Source: a virus | Virus record (IMG/VR): IMGVR_UViG_3300020577_002861 | Length of the DNA: 17,266 nucleotides | Strand: one strand, 5' to 3' | Part shown: one piece after another, positions 6,839 through 12,782 of the stretch | Position numbering within the stretch: position 1 is the stretch's first letter | Layout of the letters: every line of letters starts with the position of its first letter | The notes under the pieces: generated by a model | What the model was told of the DNA's origin: nothing | Database searches by the model: none | What the model saw: only the letters and a program-made list of their open reading frames with translations | Translations under genes and position numbers: made by a program

Positions 6839-7282
6839 ATCTCCATCTTCAAAATCCTTTAGGTCTGAAATATCTGGTAAGTCAAATCCAGAATACGCTG
6901 TGTGAAGTTCCTGTAGCTTCTTTAATAAATCCCCATACATAATTATCATTCTCTCTAAGAACATTTCTTTTGCATCATTCTTTGTGTAGCCATAGTCCAT
7001 GATATTAAAATCATTAGTACCTATATCCCAATACTTTCCACTCTTTTTAATCCAGTAGAGTTTCTTCTTTGAGTCAAACATTCTTTTTGTTTTCTTCTTT
7101 TCTTTTCTGGTGTGTTCGCACTCACCCATCATTTTAAACATTTCACAATCGCATTGTTTTTTCTTTGTTTTCTTTTTCATAATTTTATCTTGTAATATTT
7201 TAACCTCCTTCTTGGGCATATATTTGCCCATCCAGTACACAGTGTCCGAATCTACAAAGTGGTTTTTTGTTTTCTTTTTCAT
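6836..7282 (-). CDS. Lys-rich protein with a CxC...CxH cluster, possibly nucleic-acid binding
   Basis: 148 aa with KKKTKKKQCDCEMFKMMGECEH and repeated KKK runs. Confidence 0.5.
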   Translation of the reverse strand: MKKKTKNHFVDSDTVYWMGKYMPKKEVKILQDKIMKKKTKKKQCDCEMFKMMGECEHTRKEKKKTKRMFDSKKKLYWIKKSGKYWDIGTNDFNIMDYGYTKNDAKEMFLERMIIMYGDLLKKLQELHTAYSGFDLPDISDLKDFEDGD

Positions 7283-7581
7283 GGTTCTACATTAACATTT
7301 ATCCTGCCTTGAAATCTAGGACTAGTATAGCTTTGGGTATAGGTGCATATTTCTGTGTCCCTATCATCTCCCATTATTAAGACCGAACTGTTTCTAGTTA
7401 CAATGATATGTGGCTTGCAGTTCTCAACTGCTGGACATAATGCACATATCTGCTGAAAGAAACCGCCTAATACTTGCTTCTCTGGCGCATCTTCAAGAGG
7501 TAAAATTGCCCACAAATCTAACTGTTCAACATCTCCTATTTGAAACTTGTAACTAGTTTTTACATCCTGGTTTAACTCCAT
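7279..7581 (-). CDS. hypothetical Cys-containing protein
   Basis: 100-aa ORF. Its start overlaps 29 nt of the upstream HNH gene and its stop overlaps the next ATG. It contains CALCPAVENC. Confidence 0.4.
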   Translation of the reverse strand: MELNQDVKTSYKFQIGDVEQLDLWAILPLEDAPEKQVLGGFFQQICALCPAVENCKPHIIVTRNSSVLIMGDDRDTEICTYTQSYTSPRFQGRINVNVEP

Positions 7582-7879
7582 AACTTCTCAATCTACTATT
7601 TTTAATAAAACCCTCTAACAACATTCTCCCTAGGTGCGTTAGTTTTCCTGTATATTTATCATGTAACGCAATGTGACATTCCCCTGCTCCAACCAACACC
7701 CCATTGTTTATCGGATCATTCTCACCTCCACTATTTAAAGGTACTAGGTGATGAGCCTGTAAACTGTTGGGACACATAGCCTTCCCACACATTCTGCATA
7801 CTGTATCGCCAAACATTTTTCTGCTTTCATCAATTACTGTCGTTCTAAAGAACTGCTTTTGTTCATGGCTTCTTGGCAT
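7553..7879 (-). CDS. HNH endonuclease
   Basis: 108 aa with CRMCGKAMCPNSLQAHHLVPLNSGGENDPINNGVLVGAGECHIALHDK, a canonical CxxC...HH...N...N...CH...H pattern. Confidence 0.75.
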   Translation of the reverse strand: MPRSHEQKQFFRTTVIDESRKMFGDTVCRMCGKAMCPNSLQAHHLVPLNSGGENDPINNGVLVGAGECHIALHDKYTGKLTHLGRMLLEGFIKNSRLRSYGVKPGCKN

Positions 7880-7950
7880 TTTTCCCTGCCTCTTTAATTA
7901 AAACTTCCTTTTGTTTTTCCTGTACTTTTGTTTCTACTTTTAAGTGTGTC

Positions 7951-7983
7951 GGATCATTTGCTTTACTCCGTTCAAAATGATCC
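7951..7983. promoter_or_regulatory. perfect 9-bp inverted repeat GGATCATTT(N15)AAATGATCC in the 176-nt gap between the two paralogous HNH genes
   Basis: Read directly from the sequence. No U-tract follows on either strand, so it is probably not a terminator. Confidence 0.4.
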
Positions 7984-8055
7984 CTCTTATCACAAGATCT
8001 TAACGAATCTGGTTTTTTGTACTCTGACCAATCCTCCGTGATTCCCTCTTAAAAA

Positions 8056-8406
8056 TTATTTCTTATATGGGCACTCTGTATCTAGCTCGTATCTCTTTTT
8101 CTTTCTGTTCTCTATGAACAATCTCGTTAAGAACCTGCCTAATCCTGTTAACCCACCTTCGATGTTATGTATTTCCTTTCTATGCAAATCTTTGCAAATT
8201 AAAAGACCCACTTCTGGATCTTGAGAGTGCCTGTCAGAATATGCTTCTGAACAGTGATGAGCTTCTAGTGGTATTTCCTCTCCCTTGTCACTAAACCCAC
8301 ACTCATTCACTGGGCACGCCCTGCAAAATACTGCTCCAAACTCTCTCCTATGATTGGTGATGACGCCTTCTCGAAATTCTCTTTGATTAGGGCGTCTCTC
8401 ACTCAT
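8056..8406 (-). CDS. HNH-like nuclease, a diverged paralog of the 7553..7879 protein
   Basis: 116 aa with CRACPVNEC...EAHHC...ICKDLHRKEIHN. Its N-terminus (REFREGVITNHRREFGAVFCRAC) and C-terminus (LGRFLTRLFIENRKKKRY) align with the neighbour's (KQFFRTTVIDESRKMFGDTVCRMC and LGRMLLEGFIKNSRLRSY). Confidence 0.65.
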   Translation of the reverse strand: MSERRPNQREFREGVITNHRREFGAVFCRACPVNECGFSDKGEEIPLEAHHCSEAYSDRHSQDPEVGLLICKDLHRKEIHNIEGGLTGLGRFLTRLFIENRKKKRYELDTECPYKK

Positions 8407-8427
8407 TTCATTGCTTTAATAACTAAG

Positions 8428-8682
8428 CTAACGAGTCCCAACTGCATTGTTCTTATACCAACAGGTACTACCATATTCATCACCCTTGATGACTATAGAG
8501 TTCTCATAAGTCGTTTCGTGAGATGGTCGACAAGTAGTAAAAAACCTACAATGGGTGCATACTTCCATTAAGGTATTTAGTATTTCTTGTCTATTTGGTC
8601 GGGGAAGATTTTGAGTCTCGAACTCACCTCTGAGATAAAACAAACTTACAGCAACTTTTTCACCCGTTGGCGTTGTCAACAT
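8428..8682 (-). CDS. small Cys-rich, putative zinc-binding protein
   Basis: 84 aa with CTHCRFFTTC...STCW. Confidence 0.45.
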   Translation of the reverse strand: MLTTPTGEKVAVSLFYLRGEFETQNLPRPNRQEILNTLMEVCTHCRFFTTCRPSHETTYENSIVIKGDEYGSTCWYKNNAVGTR

Positions 8683-8742
8683 AAATTTTAAATAAAAATT
8701 CTGTTATTAATAATCTACTCCTAAGTGCTTTCAATTTGCAAA

Positions 8743-9084
8743 TTAAAAAGGGAGGTCATTAACATCAACCGTTTCCTCTGGTTTAGCTGAGGTCTTTGCT
8801 CTAAAATCCTTTGCCCTATTTGCCTCTGCTGTAGCATGGCTACTCATTTTTCTCCCTATTCTTTCAAGCAGTTCTTCCTGTGTTTCTCCGTCTAGTTTTG
8901 AAACATTTATGGAATAATACTTTTTGCCAGATTTTGCTTCTTTAGGAAACATGAAAATTTTCAAATTATCTTCCTCCTTAGAATCCCTAAACATCCAGCC
9001 ACTTAAGTATCTCATTCCACTCTTACTCTCTGTTGGGAAAACCATACCTATGTTGTAAAGGTCTGACTTCTTCTTCTCTTCCAT
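8743..9084 (-). CDS. hypothetical protein with an internal tandem motif repeat
   Basis: 113 aa. The segment MVFPTESKSGMRYLS is repeated as FMFPKEAKSGKKYYS. Confidence 0.5.
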   Translation of the reverse strand: MEEKKKSDLYNIGMVFPTESKSGMRYLSGWMFRDSKEEDNLKIFMFPKEAKSGKKYYSINVSKLDGETQEELLERIGRKMSSHATAEANRAKDFRAKTSAKPEETVDVNDLPF

Positions 9085-9106
9085 TAAAATATAATAAAAA
9101 ATAAAA

Positions 9107-9496
9107 TTACATCTTCTTTTTCTCCAATAGCCTTTGTAGTTTCACAGAGAGATCTTTTCTTTTCTTTTCCCTCTCTGCCTCTTCCTTTTCGCTAAGCGGC
9201 CTCGGATAGGTGAGTTTCTCCATCAAGTCTTTTTCTTCTTTTAGCCTCTTAGCCCTTACCTCTTCTGTTGGTTCCTTTGTTGGCTCTATCATTCTAATAT
9301 CCCTCTTCTGCACAATGGTCTTGTTAATCGTTACAAAATCACTCCCTCCCCTGAACATAGCATTGGCCAACTTCAAAAACTGTTCGTATGTTATGACCTC
9401 TATTTTCTCATATGTCATATAGACCTTGTAATTGCTTCCTTCTTCTACCTCAAAGAATAACCCATCTTGTCTCAACGCTTCTAAGTCTTTGTTCAT
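9107..9496 (-). CDS. hypothetical protein with a charged, helical C-terminal half
   Basis: 129-aa ORF. Confidence 0.5.
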   Translation of the reverse strand: MNKDLEALRQDGLFFEVEEGSNYKVYMTYEKIEVITYEQFLKLANAMFRGGSDFVTINKTIVQKRDIRMIEPTKEPTEEVRAKRLKEEKDLMEKLTYPRPLSEKEEAEREKKRKDLSVKLQRLLEKKKM

Positions 9497-9513
9497 TTTT
9501 CCCCGAATAAAAA

Positions 9514-10188
9514 TTAAATTATATCTATGCTGTGCTTGGGCTTCGTAATCCCGCCATACTTACCAAACCTATCGTTCCTAACCCAATTAAAAAAGGCGAG
9601 GCGGAAATCTTTATACTTAGTTTTGTTTGCCTGTATATAACCTGTAAAATCTTCTAGGGCTGTAACAACATCTTTGCCTGGGTTTAGATCTTTTGCTCTT
9701 AAAAGTATTTCCTCTTTATTTTCAATAAATATCCTCTCAGAGTTTATGGGTTTGTTATATATTATAATATCATTATTATCATTATTATCATTATTATCAT
9801 TATTGTTAGTGTCTTGTCTGCTGTCTTTCTGCTGTCTTTCTGCTGTCTTGTCTGTTGTCTTACCACCTTGATATTCGTTATAGTTTACTATTGTAATTAT
9901 TGAAGAAACAGAGTTTTTCTGCTGTCTTATCTGGGACTCATTCTCGAGCCATGTGAGGTAACGGCGAACCTTATCCCTACTCCACCTCCATCTCTTGGAT
10001 AAAGACACCTCACTCCACCCGACTTCCCCTCTTTCAACCTTGAGGATATTTCCCCTTACGGATATGATTCCACTCTTATGATTAGCTAATAAAAGTAAAT
10101 CAACCCAGGCCTGTGCCTTGGTAAACGGTTCTGATAACCAAATGCTGTTATCCATTATTTTTCTATGTAACCATATCCAACCTTCCAT
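9514..10188 (-). CDS. replisome-organizer / replication-initiator-like protein: an N-terminal winged-helix-like domain, a low-complexity NND linker, and a C-terminal domain
   Basis: 224 aa. The N-terminus (WLHRKIMDNSIWLSEPFTKAQAWVDLLLLANHKSGIISVRGNILKVERGEVGWSEVSLSKRW) is typical of phage replisome-organizer N-domains. The linker DTNNNDNNDNNDNND is encoded by tandem DNA repeats. Confidence 0.65.
   Translation of the reverse strand: MEGWIWLHRKIMDNSIWLSEPFTKAQAWVDLLLLANHKSGIISVRGNILKVERGEVGWSEVSLSKRWRWSRDKVRRYLTWLENESQIRQQKNSVSSIITIVNYNEYQGGKTTDKTAERQQKDSRQDTNNNDNNDNNDNNDIIIYNKPINSERIFIENKEEILLRAKDLNPGKDVVTALEDFTGYIQANKTKYKDFRLAFFNWVRNDRFGKYGGITKPKHSIDII
9762..9806. repeat. tandem 9-bp AT-rich repeat (ATTATTATC, about 4 copies) inside the initiator gene
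   Basis: cattattat is repeated. It encodes the NND repeats of the linker. Confidence 0.6.
9811..9861. repeat. tandem 11-bp repeat CTGCTGTCTTT (3-4 copies), iteron-like, inside the initiator gene
   Basis: ctgctgtcttt occurs twice exactly and twice degenerately, adjacent to the AT-rich 9-bp repeats. The 11-bp period is not a multiple of 3. Confidence 0.55.
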
Positions 10189-10361
10189 TAAAGCCTCTCC
10201 TTGGATAATAATTTATAAAGTTTTGCTATCCCCTTAAAATCTTCTTTTTCTAGTAGTTCTAAAATTTCCGCAAGTTCTTTTACCGAAATATCAAAGTTTC
10301 CATATCCAGACACGAAGAACCCTGCTTCATGTAGATTTCTTGCTTTTTCTAGGTATTTCAT
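10188..10361 (-). CDS. small helical protein (57 aa), translationally coupled to the initiator gene
   Basis: Below the track's length cutoff. MKYLEKARNLHEAGFFVSGYGNFDISVKELAEILELLEKEDFKGIAKLYKLLSKERL. Its TAA overlaps the ATG of the downstream gene (TAATG at 10186..10190). Confidence 0.4.
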   Translation of the reverse strand: MKYLEKARNLHEAGFFVSGYGNFDISVKELAEILELLEKEDFKGIAKLYKLLSKERL

Positions 10362-10386
10362 AAAGGTTTTCTAATAAAGAACCTCC

Positions 10387-10416
10387 CACCTATGAAACAT
10401 TGACGGAACATAGGTG
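10387..10416 (-). promoter_or_regulatory. hairpin with an 8-bp perfect stem (CACCTATG / CATAGGTG, 14-nt loop) about 26 nt upstream of the small ORF, next to a GGAGG
   Basis: Read directly from the sequence. Confidence 0.35.
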
Positions 10417-10710
10417 AGAGAAGGCAAAGTCCTATAAGGCTCTAGCTTCTGCTGGTTCTGTGGAAATATTTTTAGTCAATGTTGTCATAAAAATAAGCTA
10501 CTCGCTTTTTAGAAAAAAGTCAAGAGGTTTTGTAAAAAGATCCTGGTGGACATTTTGGAGAGAGACCTCCCCTCCCCAGGGTATCACCAGATGCTATCAG
10601 GCGAGTTTAAAGTGCCCTAGAACGAACGAAAATATGGAAGTGGTACATTGTACCTAGGAATCGTTTTAGAGCATTTTAAAGTCCCTGGTATAGTTCCTTT
10701 GACATTGATT

Positions 10711-10736
10711 AAAAAGAGAGGTAAATGCCCTCTCTT
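10711..10736 (-). terminator. rho-independent terminator (minus strand only)
   Basis: Minus strand: stem AGAGAGG gcattta CCTCTCT followed by TTTTTAATC. On the plus strand no U-tract follows. Confidence 0.5.
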
Positions 10737-10940
10737 CGCAAATAGTTATTTGAGCCACTACGCACAAAAGTCTTTTGCGTTAATTCAGCTTACACTTAGG
10801 GGAAGAGTTTGGCAATAAAAAACTCCTATATTGTGTTTTCAGTTGAGTGTTTAGGTCATCTGTTCGTAAACAACATAGGAGCACACAAAATTATCAGACG
10901 CGGGTTAGTTTAAAAGCAGCCCCGCAGTATCGGTGTACTG
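10711..10940 (-). ncRNA. candidate non-coding transcript of about 225 nt, bracketed by a promoter-like element and a terminator
   Basis: It runs from the predicted start just downstream of TTGCCA-17-TATATT (10974..10946) to the terminator at 10736..10711. No ORF longer than 18 codons. A Bacteroidetes-type TAATTTTG box also occurs at 10893..10886. Confidence 0.25.
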
Positions 10941-10945
10941 CTTTT
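10912..10945. terminator. bidirectional hairpin terminator
   Basis: Stem AAAAGCAG / CTGCTTTT with an inner CCG/CGG stem. U-rich tracts follow on both strands (TTTTAATAT on plus, TTTTAAAC on minus). Confidence 0.5.
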
Positions 10946-10974
10946 AATATACACCCCAACAATAAAAATGGCAA
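10946..10974 (-). promoter_or_regulatory. sigma70-like promoter-like element TTGCCA-N17-TATATT (copy 1 of a duplicated element)
   Basis: -35 at 10974..10969, -10 at 10951..10946, spacer exactly 17 nt. It is embedded in the direct repeat GGGTGTATATTRAAAAG. Confidence 0.35.
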
Positions 10975-10998
10975 GTAGCTTTGAGGAGACTACCTGCC
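10961..10998 (-). terminator. rho-independent terminator, first after the holin gene
   Basis: Minus strand: stem GGCAGGTAG / CTACTTGCC with one mismatch and an 11-nt loop, followed by ATTTTTATT. It lies 38 nt downstream of the holin stop. Confidence 0.45.
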
Positions 10999-11020
10999 AT
11001 AATCTTATACCTTCTTTTTC

Positions 11021-11049
11021 AATATACACCCAGTTTTATTTTCCTGCAA
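11021..11049 (-). promoter_or_regulatory. sigma70-like promoter-like element TTGCAG-N17-TATATT (copy 2), overlapping the holin stop codon
   Basis: -35 at 11049..11044, -10 at 11026..11021, spacer exactly 17 nt. It shares GGGTGTATATT with copy 1. Confidence 0.3.
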
Positions 11050-11314
11050 TAGCCTTAGAAACCTCGGTATCTTTTAGAAGTGCTAGGTATACAACCTGAG
11101 AAGCGCCAAAGATTACGCTGAACCTAGCAAGTAAGTCTTGCCAGTCCATGATTGGTTTTGTACTTACTTCTGCAAACAGTGCTATAGCAAGGGCTAATCC
11201 ACCAGCTACAAGTCTTGTTGCTAATGCACCTTCTAGCTTTAAGAATCTCTTAGCGAGATCTACAATTAGAGGAAGCACTATTCCCGCTAACAATGTTACT
11301 GTGTTTACATCCAT
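11036..11314 (-). CDS. holin, about three TM helices
   Basis: 92 aa with hydrophobic segments VTLLAGIVLPLIVDL, LVAGGLALAIALFAEV and FSVIFGASQVVYLALL. It lies immediately downstream of the lysin. Confidence 0.55.
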   Translation of the reverse strand: MDVNTVTLLAGIVLPLIVDLAKRFLKLEGALATRLVAGGLALAIALFAEVSTKPIMDWQDLLARFSVIFGASQVVYLALLKDTEVSKAIAGK

Positions 11315-11345
11315 AAAAATAAAATAATAAATAAATTATCGAATC

Positions 11346-12320
11346 CTAATTTCTTTTAGAAGGAATCTTTGCAAGTAATTCCCTAAGCCATTTAACAAAT
11401 CTTGCAAGGATTGTAACAGTTGGATCAGGATTAACTCCGCCTCCTCCGCTTGCTTGGCAAGCTCTAAGTTCTTCTTGAAGTCGTTCATTGTTCTTGGTGA
11501 GAACTTCAATAGCACTCTCCTTTTTGCTAAGGTCTTCTTCCAAGTTCTCCTGAGTAGCTGCTGATGCAGCTTTGAAATCAGAAAAGTCAGCATCAAGTTT
11601 ATCTGCCCTAAGAAGTAAATCTTGCTTCTCTTGAGTGCATACTGCAAGCTTAGTATTTAGATCTGTTATAGACCCATTAAGGCTCGAAATTTGACCATCT
11701 TTTTCATTGAGTAGACCCTTAACCGTATTAAGTTCTGTTTGAAGTGCATTTATTTGTCTTCGTAATTCTTCGATCATTTTGTCTGCTGACTTAAAAAGTA
11801 ATTTTAATGCTATTGGATTTCCTTTAGGTATTCCAGTCCAACTAGAACTTTGATACCAACTCTGTAATCCATTCTCATTCTTAGAAACCCAAACCTCTCC
11901 TGTGTCTACAAATCTACCGCCATCACACAAAGCATTGTTTCCACCTCCATTTCTTAGCCATCTAACAATGCAAGTCCAGTGAAGATGAGGTTGTGCCGTT
12001 CCGTTACTATCTCCGCTCTTAGTTATGACCTGACCTTGTTTATAGAAAGCTCCCACTTTAGGTAAATTAGGTGTGTTTATGTGAACGAATTGGTGTTGGA
12101 AGTGAGCCTTATTACCATCTTCCATTTCGTAAACCTTGGGACAGTCTAGTATAAAACTATCCTTCCCATTGGTGCTTAGGATCGTTCCGTCATCAGGGGC
12201 TACAAATGGAAAGTAGACCATGCCCTGGTGTCCATAATCTGTACCCGCATGAGGTACCGTTCTGAAAGATTGGTAATCAGCAAAATTACTGGTTATATGG
12301 TGATCGGTGCACTTTATCAT
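11346..12320 (-). CDS. M23-family metallopeptidase lysin with a C-terminal coiled coil and a basic amphipathic tail
   Basis: 324 aa. HAGTDYG (HxxxD) and HLHW (HxH) are M23 zinc-ligand motifs. The C-terminal ~150 aa form a heptad-rich coiled coil ending in GGGGVNPDPTVTILARFVKWLRELLAKIPSKRN. Confidence 0.75.
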   Translation of the reverse strand: MIKCTDHHITSNFADYQSFRTVPHAGTDYGHQGMVYFPFVAPDDGTILSTNGKDSFILDCPKVYEMEDGNKAHFQHQFVHINTPNLPKVGAFYKQGQVITKSGDSNGTAQPHLHWTCIVRWLRNGGGNNALCDGGRFVDTGEVWVSKNENGLQSWYQSSSWTGIPKGNPIALKLLFKSADKMIEELRRQINALQTELNTVKGLLNEKDGQISSLNGSITDLNTKLAVCTQEKQDLLLRADKLDADFSDFKAASAATQENLEEDLSKKESAIEVLTKNNERLQEELRACQASGGGGVNPDPTVTILARFVKWLRELLAKIPSKRN

Positions 12321-12782
12321 TTATTCTATTATTCTAAAATATTCTGATCTCTGGATTTCTTTGACCTCTGTAAATGGGGAAACTTTAAAGTATAACTCTC
12401 TTACAATTCTTACCTTTTCTCCAACTGGGATCTCTTTAGGGATAGCTATCTCATTGGTAAAAGTGCTACACCCTGTGGCAAAGTTCGACTTTCTTTCTGG
12501 TAGCTCCCAGACAACGCCATCCTCAATCTTCGTTTCTATCCTAGCCTCTAACGGTAAAAACTTACAGTAATCTAAAATAAGATAAACAGTGCCACCCTTC
12601 TTAACCTCTTTGTTGTCGTTTAGAACGGCTATGACCTCGTTTTTAATATCAACTACATTAGGGGGAAAAATATATACGAACAAACAGTAGACTACGAAAA
12701 GCACCGTTATCCCAAAACTTATACCCACCATCCAATTATAAAGTGTTCTCATTTTAGATCTCTTTTTAATCTCAACTTTCAT
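12321..12782 (-). CDS. signal-anchored (N-terminal TM) protein in the lysis cassette, function unknown. Possibly a spanin-like or lysis accessory protein
   Basis: 153 aa with an N-terminal TM segment (WMVGISFGITVLFVVYCLFVYIF). It directly abuts the lysin start and overlaps the upstream gene by 4 nt. Confidence 0.5.
   Translation of the reverse strand: MKVEIKKRSKMRTLYNWMVGISFGITVLFVVYCLFVYIFPPNVVDIKNEVIAVLNDNKEVKKGGTVYLILDYCKFLPLEARIETKIEDGVVWELPERKSNFATGCSTFTNEIAIPKEIPVGEKVRIVRELYFKVSPFTEVKEIQRSEYFRIIE

Noticed and set aside
8733-8744. Perfect 12-bp palindrome AATTTGCAAATT overlapping the stop codon of the 8743..9084 gene
   Set aside because: It is short and AT-rich, so chance palindromes of this size are expected in AT-rich DNA. 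It is kept only as a note and not called a feature.
9762-9861. Possible CRISPR-like repeat array
   Set aside because: The units are 9 and 11 bp tandem repeats without spacers, inside a coding linker. This is nothing like 24-48-bp repeat-spacer architecture.
10460-10657. 65-aa plus-strand ORF in the non-coding gap
   Set aside because: It is the only plus-strand candidate in a region full of hairpins and terminators. Its Trp/Arg-rich composition is atypical, and it has no start context. It is more likely a chance ORF in GC-richer DNA.
11336-11647. 103-aa minus-strand ORF inside the M23 peptidase gene
   Set aside because: It lies out of frame within the much longer lysin ORF, whose frame carries recognisable M23 motifs. 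Its Leu/Lys/Gln-rich composition is a frame-shifted coiled-coil artefact.
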